Origin: Candidatus Saccharimonadia bacterium
Lineage (GTDB): Bacteria > Patescibacteriota > Saccharimonadia > UBA4664
Direction of reading: 5' to 3'
Assembly: GCA_035544015.1 (NCBI GenBank)
Contig: DATKIP010000093.1
Span: 281,454 to 345,453, forward strand
DNA length: 64,000 nt
In this document: one piece after another, positions 56,474-64,000 of the stretch
Numbering within the stretch: the first letter of the stretch is position 1
Layout of the letters: each line of letters starts with the position of its first letter
Notes under the pieces: model-generated
Told to the model about the DNA's origin: nothing
Database searches by the model: none
Seen by the model: only the letters and a program-made list of their open reading frames with translations
Translations under genes and position numbers: made by a program

Positions 56474-58939
56474 ATGCCCCTCAAGGATTACCACGCCAAG
56501 CGCAAATTCGACCAAACCCCCGAGCCCACCGGGGGATCAGGGGAGGGACCGCTACGATTTGTAGTCCAAAAACACCACGCCACCGCCCTGCATTACGATT
56601 TTCGGCTCGAAATGGGCGGCGTGCTCAAATCTTGGGCCGTCCCCAAAGGACCATCACTCAACCCCCAAGACAAGCGCCTCGCCATGATGACCGAAGACCA
56701 TCCCTACGACTACCGCACCTTCGAGGGCGTCATTCCCGAGGGCAACTACGGCGCCGGTCCCGTCATCGTCTGGGACGAGGGCACCTATGAGCCGCTCTTT
56801 GCCACCGGCGACCGCGACGCCGACGACAAACTTGCCCGAGCCGGCGTCCACAAAGAGCACCTCACCTTCATCCTGCACGGCCAAAAACTAAACGGCGAAT
56901 TCGCGCTCATCAAAATGCACGGCAACGCCGATGAAAACGCCTGGCTAATCGTCAAGGCCCACAAAGACAAATTTGTCTCCGCCAGCGACATCACGGCCCA
57001 AAACCGCTCAGTCGTCACAAACCGCACTATCGAAGAGACCGCCGCCGGCAAACCCATCACCAAACTCCACCTTGGCGAACTAACCACGGCGCCCAAAGCG
57101 CCCCTGCCAAACACCTTCGAGCCCATGCTCGCCACCCTCGCCGAGCATCCATTCGACGACCCCGCTTGGATCTACGAGATCAAATGGGACGGCTACCGCA
57201 TTATGGCCGAGCTGGGAGCCGGCGGCGTCACGCTGCACACGCGCGGCGGCCAGGATTATACCCAGCGCTTCAAAATCATCGCCGACGAATTGCACCACCT
57301 ACGCGTCCCGGCGCTCATCGACGGTGAAATCACTGTGGTCGACCCAGACGGCCGCTCCAGCTTCCAGGCGCTCCAAAATTACCTGCGCACGGGCCAGGGC
57401 CGGCTCCTTTATTACGCCTTTGACCTGCTCCACCTCGCCGGACACGACCTCACAAATTTACCTTTGGCAAGCCGCAAAGCCCTGCTGCGCCGAATACTGC
57501 CCCCGGGCCCGCATCTGCGCTACAGCGACCATATTGCCGAGCAAGGCACGGCGATGCTGGCGCACATCAAAGAGCAGGGGATGGAAGGCATAATCGCCAA
57601 ACGCGCCGACAGCCTCTACCGCTTCGGCCACCGCAGCCGCGATTGGCTCAAGCTCAAAACCAAACACCGCCAAGAAGCCGTCATCGTGGGCTATACCGCC
57701 CCGCGCGCTGGCCGCCACCATTTTGGCGCGCTGGTGCTCGGCATCTACGACCACCAGCGGCTCGTCTACGCCGGCCACACCGGCTCGGGCTTCACCGACG
57801 CATCGCTGCAGAGCCTCCACGAACAGCTCCAGCCGCTCGTCACCACCCAGTGCCCCATCGACCCGGCGCCCCAAACCAACGAACCCGCCACCTGGGTGCG
57901 CCCCAAACTCGTTGCCGAAGTTGAATTTACTGAATGGACCGAAGACGGCTCCATGCGCCACCCCATTTTTGGAGGCCTGCGCGAAGACAAGCCCGCCGCC
58001 GAGGTGCACAGAGAACAAGCCATCAACGAGGAACCCACCGTGACCAACGAAACCACACTCAAGCTCAACGGACACACCGTCCCCATCACCCATCGCGACA
58101 AACTGTATTGGCCCGAGGACGGCATCACCAAAGGTCAGCTCATTGAATACTACCGCGCGATCGCCCCCACCATATTGCCCTACCTCACAGACCGCCCCGA
58201 GTCGCTCAACCGCTTCCCGCACGGCATCCACGGCGACAGCTTTTACCAAAAAGACCTCGAAGACCACCCCGCCTGGGCCAAAACCACCCTGATTCATTCC
58301 GAATCCGCCAACAAAGATATCAATTATTTACTGTGCCAAAATGAGGCCACGCTCATCTACATGGCCAACCTCGGCTGCATCGACCTCAACCCCTGGAATT
58401 CGCGTTTGAAGCACCTCGACAACCCCGACTGGTGCGTCATCGACCTCGACCCCGAGGACATCGGCTTCGAAGCCGTCATCGAAACCGCTAGAGCCGTAAA
58501 ATCTGTGCTTGATAAAGCCAAAATTCCCTGCTATCCCAAAACTTCCGGCGCCACCGGCATTCACATCTACATTCCCATGGGCGCAAAGTACCCCTATGAA
58601 CAGGTCAAAGATTTCGCGCACATCATCGCACGGCTCGTAAACGCACAAGTACCCAAACTCACCAGCGTCGAGCGCAACCCAGCCAAACGCCAGCACAAAG
58701 TCTACCTCGATTACCTCCAAAACCGCCACGGCCAAACGCTGGCCGCTCCCTACTCGGTTCGGCCCCGACCCGGCGCACCCGTCTCTACACCCCTGCGCTG
58801 GGACGAGGTTAAGCCCGGCCTCCAGCCCACCGACCACACCATCCACACCACCACCAAGCGCCTCGAAGCCGTTGGCGACCTGTGGGCACCAGTGCTGGGC
58901 CCCGGCATTGATCTCGCCGCAGCCTTGGGGAGACTCTAA
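56474..58939 (+). CDS. ligD: multidomain ATP-dependent DNA ligase LigD (phosphoesterase, ligase, polymerase/primase)
   Basis: The N-terminal 3'-phosphoesterase module (HYDFRLE ... KSWAVPKGPS), a ligase domain with the adenylation motif YEIKWDGYR, and a C-terminal LigD-Pol/primase domain (DLDP). 821 aa. Confidence 0.9.
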   Translation: MPLKDYHAKRKFDQTPEPTGGSGEGPLRFVVQKHHATALHYDFRLEMGGVLKSWAVPKGPSLNPQDKRLAMMTEDHPYDYRTFEGVIPEGNYGAGPVIVWDEGTYEPLFATGDRDADDKLARAGVHKEHLTFILHGQKLNGEFALIKMHGNADENAWLIVKAHKDKFVSASDITAQNRSVVTNRTIEETAAGKPITKLHLGELTTAPKAPLPNTFEPMLATLAEHPFDDPAWIYEIKWDGYRIMAELGAGGVTLHTRGGQDYTQRFKIIADELHHLRVPALIDGEITVVDPDGRSSFQALQNYLRTGQGRLLYYAFDLLHLAGHDLTNLPLASRKALLRRILPPGPHLRYSDHIAEQGTAMLAHIKEQGMEGIIAKRADSLYRFGHRSRDWLKLKTKHRQEAVIVGYTAPRAGRHHFGALVLGIYDHQRLVYAGHTGSGFTDASLQSLHEQLQPLVTTQCPIDPAPQTNEPATWVRPKLVAEVEFTEWTEDGSMRHPIFGGLREDKPAAEVHREQAINEEPTVTNETTLKLNGHTVPITHRDKLYWPEDGITKGQLIEYYRAIAPTILPYLTDRPESLNRFPHGIHGDSFYQKDLEDHPAWAKTTLIHSESANKDINYLLCQNEATLIYMANLGCIDLNPWNSRLKHLDNPDWCVIDLDPEDIGFEAVIETARAVKSVLDKAKIPCYPKTSGATGIHIYIPMGAKYPYEQVKDFAHIIARLVNAQVPKLTSVERNPAKRQHKVYLDYLQNRHGQTLAAPYSVRPRPGAPVSTPLRWDEVKPGLQPTDHTIHTTTKRLEAVGDLWAPVLGPGIDLAAALGRL

Positions 58940-58948
58940 CCACACCCC

Positions 58949-59215
58949 ATGGAAGCATACCGCACCCAAATCGACGCCCTCGACCGCCAGATTATCGCCC
59001 TGCTTGGCCAACGCTTCGCTGTCACAAAGCAGGTGGGGGAGTACAAACAAATCCATCACCTGCCCATACTCGATGCCGACCGCGAAACAGCCCTCCAGGA
59101 GCGCCTGCGAACCCTCGCCATAGACGCCCACCTCGACCCGGAATTATGCCTTGTCCTCTACGAAATCATCCTCAGGCACTCCCGAACCCAACAAGCCTTG
59201 CCAAAACATATCTAA
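58949..59215 (+). CDS. chorismate mutase (AroQ class, small)
   Basis: 88 aa. IDALDRQIIALLGQRFAVTKQVGEYK ... matches the AroQ helix-1 pattern (R...D..I..LL.eR). Confidence 0.7.
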   Translation: MEAYRTQIDALDRQIIALLGQRFAVTKQVGEYKQIHHLPILDADRETALQERLRTLAIDAHLDPELCLVLYEIILRHSRTQQALPKHI

Positions 59216-59343
59216 GTCACTCGCCGGCGGACTCATGCTGGTACTCAGCTCGGCCAAGCCGAACCCAAAGACGAGCCGGCACTATAGCAGCAAAACGCCC
59301 GGCTTAACAAAAGCACGGGCGTTTTGAACGAAAGATACGGGAG

Positions 59344-59973
59344 CTAGAAGTAGGTCAGGTTAGCATCTACCGTCGTGTCGTCAAGCCGGAAGTTAAGACC
59401 ACTGGCGTGATTCTTCACTTGAGCCCTCACAAAGTAGGTACACACAGCCTCCCGAGTGTTGGGCGAGCAGCGCAAGTAAGCCGTACGCGTGAAAGCGTTG
59501 CTTTCCCAGGCGTTCGGATCCACCTGGCTGTTGGACCACGCAAACGAGTCAGGCTCGGGCGCGCTTGGCTGGCCCTCGGCCCCATTAATCAGCACCCGAC
59601 CCTCGCACCACTGATTGTTCGCCGCCGCCGAGTTGGTACACGTCACCTCGCCGTCCACCTTCACTACCGCCAACGCCGACTTACCGCGCGGCACCGTTAC
59701 CGTAAACGAACCACACTGCAAATTCACCCAATCCGTCGTGGTGTAAGCAGTCGGCGTGTTATTCGTATACGCCCGGCGCTGAACCGCCGCATTCGTAGCC
59801 GAGAAGAACCGACAGTCCGGATTGGCCGCCGCCACCGCCGCTGCGTCCAACTTCTTAAACCCATCTTGCGCACTCTGCGCCTGCGTTTCCGCCAGCACCG
59901 GCCCGCCTCCGAGCACCAACAGGCCGGCCAGGCCAACACCCGCCACCAGCTTCCTTTTAAGCGTGAATTTCAT
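59344..59973 (-). CDS. secreted hypothetical protein (Cys-containing, Thr/Asn-rich)
   Basis: Start taken at MKFTLKRKLVAGVGLAGLLVL (signal peptide). Six Cys in the mature part. No domain recognised. Confidence 0.45.
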   Translation of the reverse strand: MKFTLKRKLVAGVGLAGLLVLGGGPVLAETQAQSAQDGFKKLDAAAVAAANPDCRFFSATNAAVQRRAYTNNTPTAYTTTDWVNLQCGSFTVTVPRGKSALAVVKVDGEVTCTNSAAANNQWCEGRVLINGAEGQPSAPEPDSFAWSNSQVDPNAWESNAFTRTAYLRCSPNTREAVCTYFVRAQVKNHASGLNFRLDDTTVDANLTYF

Positions 59974-60190
59974 AAACACTCCTTTTAATTGTGTCATCCC
60001 CTAAAACATCGTGAGCTCAACGACTCGACCATAATGGGCTTGCCCGAGGGATTCAGCCACTCACAGAAACGAAAACTTTCTCATCCAAAAATCAATAATT
60101 ATTAGAGATAAGCACAAGAATTAAGAGCACCACAACCCCCGCTATACATGGAAAATATTAAAAAATCCCTAACTCGGCTACATTTGCCGC

Positions 60191-61138
60191 TTATTCAGAA
60201 TCCCCACCACTCGCACGCCGAATCAAATCAAGCCCACGCTTAAAATCGTCACCCGTATCCTCGTAAGAAAGGTCTCTCAAATTCCGATAAAGCCCTGGTG
60301 AAACCCTCTCGATGCGATAAGCCACCTCACGCAACCCATCGACGTTATTGCGGGCCCGATACAAGGCGGGGATTATCTCGGGGTCTTTGGCGTTGAGCAA
60401 TTCAAACCCATATCCCGCCAGAGCGCTCGAACCATAAGCAATGGCCCCATTAGGCGCTTTGGCAATGTACTTACCTGGAATTTGGCCTAAATCCGTATCC
60501 ATGAAACCATCAATGCCGGAAAAACCATGGGGGAGACCCAGCTCATTTTGGATATAATCCATCTCCACAACGGCGCCAAAAGCCTCCTCGATAAAACCGC
60601 CTTGGCCGGCCACATTATGCCCCTGACGAAGCGGTTGGAATAATTCAGTACCATCTTCTGTTTTGAGCAGGGCCATGTCGTAGTATTTCCCACTACTATG
60701 CGACTTCTCATGAACCAGAGTCGCTTCAGAAAACCCCGGCCCATTGGCGGCCTCCATCGCAGGATCGCGAACAACAAAGGTCAACCCTACCTCGTGCAAA
60801 TATCCCCCAATAAAACTATCTTTTTCTGCCACATTATTAGAAATACCGTTAGCCGCTAAGACTCGCCGAAACTCCGGAACGTCTTCGGGCGTCAACAGAA
60901 TATGAGGCCTAACTGCCAGGCCCTTCTTCGCAAAATACGAAGCGACCCGAGCGACGTCGATGCCTTCTTCGCGCGAAGGCGTCGCCTCCATAAGACGCTG
61001 TCGAGCCTCAGCCCAGTAAGCTAAAAAGGCTTCATCATCTGATTCCTCCGCGTTCGCACGAACCAGATCGCCGCTCTTTCCGGCCTTAAAACGCATCAGA
61101 TTAGGCTCTTGATCGGGATGAAAGGGGAGTTCCGCCAT
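60191..61138 (-). CDS. hypothetical protein (lower-GC gene)
   Basis: 315-aa ORF at about 52% GC. Contains HEVGLTF ... HEKSHS, a possible metal site. No confident family. Confidence 0.4.
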   Translation of the reverse strand: MAELPFHPDQEPNLMRFKAGKSGDLVRANAEESDDEAFLAYWAEARQRLMEATPSREEGIDVARVASYFAKKGLAVRPHILLTPEDVPEFRRVLAANGISNNVAEKDSFIGGYLHEVGLTFVVRDPAMEAANGPGFSEATLVHEKSHSSGKYYDMALLKTEDGTELFQPLRQGHNVAGQGGFIEEAFGAVVEMDYIQNELGLPHGFSGIDGFMDTDLGQIPGKYIAKAPNGAIAYGSSALAGYGFELLNAKDPEIIPALYRARNNVDGLREVAYRIERVSPGLYRNLRDLSYEDTGDDFKRGLDLIRRASGGDSE

Positions 61139-61233
61139 ACCAATTAAATTACAGCAAACGGCTCTTAGCGAAAAGGGCCTCAGGCTCGGGTCGAGGGACT
61201 TCCTTTTAAAACCGCGTCTCCTATACTAATTCC

Positions 61234-62112
61234 ATGAACCGCGCCTACCCAAACTCCATTCTCAAACTCATCTGGCGCCTACTCCTACCCGTACGCGCTT
61301 GTTTCTGGGTCCGAAACTGGATCCGCTGGGCCCGCACCAAATTTCCCGACCCGCCCAAAGACATGGAGGTAGCCGCGCGTCTCCAAACATTCATCATCGT
61401 GACGCTCTTCTTCATCGCCTACGCCTTCTACCGCTCAAACCAGATCACCAGCTTCACCGACCTGGCCAATAACTTTCTCCTCAGCCTCAGTGCCGCCTCG
61501 GTAGGCAACACCGCCGTCTTTGTACTGGGGGTTTTCGTGATTTACGCCTACCTCATGGGCGTCCCGGCCCGCCAACTCTGGGCCCCCGTCGCCTGCATCG
61601 CGCTGCCGCTCGGCATTTTGCTCAGCTTGTTCACCTTTCAATACACTCGCTGGGACATGGCGCCAATCACGAGTCTCAGTGGTAACGACGCGATATTGTC
61701 GCTCATCACCGGCTGTATGCTCCTTTTTGCCACCGGCGGCTTCGTCTACACGCTCCATCGAGCCGTTAAAGCCCGCTTCAACGCCTACCTCATGCACCCC
61801 GCGCTCACACCGCTCATCGAGCTAGCCCTCACTGCCAAAGCCCTCGCCATCGTCCTCGAAGGCCAAGCCACCTTCCCGTCGCTGCCTTTCGTTTCCGGCC
61901 GTCTGCTCATCGTCGCCCTACCAGCCACCATGGTAGTTTATTACCTATACAAAGCCCTCATCGGCGAACGAACCTACTTGCGTCAACATCAAGCCGATCC
62001 GTCCGCCCGCATCCACGCCTACCGCTTTGCCCTGGCCATCATTCTCCTCATTGTCGTGCTCGTCTTCTTCCCCTCCGGCCTGGCCAACTCCGACTTTTTC
62101 CGGCCCCATTAA
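61234..62112 (+). CDS. hypothetical polytopic membrane protein
   Basis: 292 aa with about 7 hydrophobic helices. Confidence 0.45.
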   Translation: MNRAYPNSILKLIWRLLLPVRACFWVRNWIRWARTKFPDPPKDMEVAARLQTFIIVTLFFIAYAFYRSNQITSFTDLANNFLLSLSAASVGNTAVFVLGVFVIYAYLMGVPARQLWAPVACIALPLGILLSLFTFQYTRWDMAPITSLSGNDAILSLITGCMLLFATGGFVYTLHRAVKARFNAYLMHPALTPLIELALTAKALAIVLEGQATFPSLPFVSGRLLIVALPATMVVYYLYKALIGERTYLRQHQADPSARIHAYRFALAIILLIVVLVFFPSGLANSDFFRPH

Positions 62113-62219
62113 TCCAAGAACGCATACAACCCGTCCCTTGAAACACAAGCCTCAGATAAGTAAACTGCCATACATGCTTACCGTCCGGTAAGCTACGTAG
62201 ACGAGCCAAAGGGGCTAAG

Positions 62220-62711
62220 GTGGGAACAGGTACGGCCCAGCGGCCAAGAGTGGGCGCCGTTCGCGGTACTCTAACTCTCCTCGCGCTAGCACTTGGAGTC
62301 GGAGCAATGGTTCTTGGCATACATCCGACTGGCGATCGCAACCCGAAAATAAGACTATCGACCACAACGCCACGCACTATCGAGATGCGGGCGCGCTGGT
62401 CGCCGGATGACCTACCCGAGGACAGGGTAGGTGAGCTGACAATTTCGTGGCGGCTGGGCGAAGGACATGATTCGGGCCCACTCCAGCCATCGGATGTGAA
62501 GACCGTGCATGACGCTGGCCGCGAATACCGCTCCTGGTCACACAAGCGCCAACTAGGAGTACCGAACATCGCTTACAACGGGGAGTTCGCCAGCATTGAA
62601 GCCGAGGCCAAGAACAACCAGGTACATCTAAGGGTCTCGATCGTTATTTCTCTGCCTGAGTTCGGATCTGGAAACGAAGGTGACGGACACGCTTACTGCC
62701 AATATCCCTAA
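62220..62711 (+). CDS. hypothetical exported protein
   Basis: Signal anchor LTLLALALGVGAMVL. 163 aa. A terminator hairpin follows. An antisense ORF also exists, so this call is uncertain. Confidence 0.35.
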   Translation: MGTGTAQRPRVGAVRGTLTLLALALGVGAMVLGIHPTGDRNPKIRLSTTTPRTIEMRARWSPDDLPEDRVGELTISWRLGEGHDSGPLQPSDVKTVHDAGREYRSWSHKRQLGVPNIAYNGEFASIEAEAKNNQVHLRVSIVISLPEFGSGNEGDGHAYCQYP

Positions 62712-62730
62712 GACCCAGCCGGCTCAACTA

Positions 62731-62767
62731 CTGCTCCGCGTACCGGCCCGTTCGGCGCGCGGAGCAG
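62731..62767 (+). terminator. stem-loop terminator candidate
   Basis: CTGCTCCGCG-17 nt-CGCGGAGCAG, a perfect 10-bp inverted repeat 20 nt after the stop of 62220..62711. Confidence 0.55.
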
Positions 62768-62875
62768 ATTGCCGCTTCAGTGAGCTAACCTAACCGAGCC
62801 GATTATTGATGAACCTATGAAATTATAGTAAAGTATTAAATCGGTTGCACGCCCCCACTCACTAGGTGGTACACC

Positions 62876-63598
62876 ATGTACATCGGGAGCGACGGTCCTC
62901 GTCGCCTGCTCAACATCACGCCGACCCAGCCGCTGTCAGGCGAGCCGGCCCTCGACCTGCTCACCCACTACCTCGTCCATGTCCTAGGCACTGCCACCGC
63001 CGGTCTCGTGATTGCCGAAGCAGGCTACCACGAGTTCAAGCCGGGCGCCACCGCCGCTGAGCAAACCTGCGCTTGCGGAGTCACCGCACCTGAGTTCGAA
63101 TACTATGTGCAGGATCCGGGGCTGTACGGCCACATCTTGCCCTCCCTAACGCTCCACTATCTGGTCTGGCATCGAGCAGAAGTCCCGGGGCACCACCTCA
63201 GACTCCTTCGGCAAGCCGCCACCGACAGCTTCATGAGCAGCATCGGCCAGCGACCGCCGGCGCTCGCCGTCCAGCGCGACGAGGCTATCACGATCGTTCG
63301 CAAGACGCAGGAGTACCTGCACCTCCAAGGAAACCCGGCCAAGCTGACCGCCGCGCTTGCCACCGCGCTGACCGAAGTGGGCTACCAGCAAGTGGGATGG
63401 CGCCACACGTGCCCACTACAAGACGCCACCACGGCGATCGTCGCCGCCTACGCGAAGCTCCACCCCGATATCGACACGGACTGTGTCGACAGCACCGCCC
63501 TGGCGCATATAGGCGAGTGGGCCGCTCAGCCCAATCGGTCGCTCGCCGAAGTCAAGCGCATCCTCAAGGGCGCCATCCAGCATCTCAGCAATCCCTGA
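62876..63598 (+). CDS. hypothetical protein
   Basis: 240-aa ORF. AT-rich promoter-like region upstream. An inverted repeat GCCCTGCCA..TGGCAGGGC lies downstream (63614..63660). Confidence 0.4.
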   Translation: MYIGSDGPRRLLNITPTQPLSGEPALDLLTHYLVHVLGTATAGLVIAEAGYHEFKPGATAAEQTCACGVTAPEFEYYVQDPGLYGHILPSLTLHYLVWHRAEVPGHHLRLLRQAATDSFMSSIGQRPPALAVQRDEAITIVRKTQEYLHLQGNPAKLTAALATALTEVGYQQVGWRHTCPLQDATTAIVAAYAKLHPDIDTDCVDSTALAHIGEWAAQPNRSLAEVKRILKGAIQHLSNP

Positions 63599-63726
63599 GT
63601 ACCCGCAACCTCATGCCCTGCCAGGGCTGGAGCGATTAACGCCCCGTCATCTTGGCAGGGCGTTACTCGTTAATGAACAAAGCCGTTAACATTGGTTCAA
63701 TACAGTAGATAGATAGGAGCAAACCA

Positions 63727-64000
63727 TGCCCACCTATGATATAGAAAAGATCAAATACGCCACCGATCCGCCAACATTTCAGCGAGCCGTGGAGCTTTAT
63801 GAGCAATCCAAAATAGTTGATTTCACCGCCCTCGCCGACGGTTTTCGCGCCACCGTTCTTGGCACGCAGCCCTATCGCGTGGTCGTTTCGGCGAAACACT
63901 TCGATCACGGCAGCTGCGAATGCTACCTCGGCCGCAAAGATACATTATGCAAGCATCTTGTGGCAGTTGCTATCATGGCCGCAAAAAATGGACAACCGCT
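63727..64000 (+). CDS. SWIM zinc-finger domain protein (5' partial, continues beyond window)
   Basis: The GGAG RBS, then HGSCECYLGRKDTLCKHLVAV, is a CxC...CxH SWIM zinc-finger signature. Truncated at the window end. Confidence 0.5.

Overview
This is a gene-dense (~90% coding), high-GC (~62-65%) bacterial chromosomal segment with tightly packed, often 4-nt-overlapping (ATGA/GTGA) genes and several compositionally foreign low-GC or very-high-GC patches. The mix of MarP-like CvpA-protease, class-E-like sortase, WecB/TagA, DUF3048, Rpf-like transglycosylase-LysM, MreB and Ku/LigD suggests a monoderm/Terrabacteria-type organism (Actinobacteria- or Chloroflexi-like). That lineage assignment is a guess from gene content only.

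Main content, in order:
- an ABC-2 exporter;
- a translationally coupled yhhQ-like transporter / RibD_C reductase / CofE-like ligase operon;
- a high-GC orphan gene and the marP-like protease;
- a patch of hypothetical/MOSC genes, followed by a low-GC islet (PAS protein, RelE/RHH toxin-antitoxin, VOC enzyme) abutting a tRNA-Leu(CAA);
- sortase, mreB, an O-antigen-ligase/WecB pair, gltX and DUF3048;
- a sensor kinase plus receiver-only response regulator;
- a roughly 12-kb glycan-assembly supercluster: a GT2-GT4 fusion, a double GT4, a 788-aa GT-C-like membrane protein, another GT4, a TIM-barrel glycoside hydrolase, a PIG-L deacetylase-discoidin fusion and a Wzx flippase;
- a DnaQ-exonuclease/GIY-YIG fusion nuclease;
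- a foreign low-GC two-gene cassette;
- cmk, murI and carAB preceded by a long AT-rich leader;
- a Fur-family (Zur-like)-controlled metal ABC importer carrying a zincin-like peptidase;
- gtrA;
- an NHEJ locus: ku, an embedded small heptad-repeat coiled-coil protein, and a three-domain ligD;
- chorismate mutase, several hypothetical secreted or membrane proteins, and the start of a SWIM zinc-finger protein.

I found no rRNA, CRISPR array, transposase or integrase.

The most unusual items are the repeat protein inside the ku-ligD operon, the fused-glycosyltransferase supercluster, the foreign-composition small cassettes, and a 22-bp-arm inverted repeat after mreB.

All functional calls come from motif and architecture recognition by eye, without database searches.
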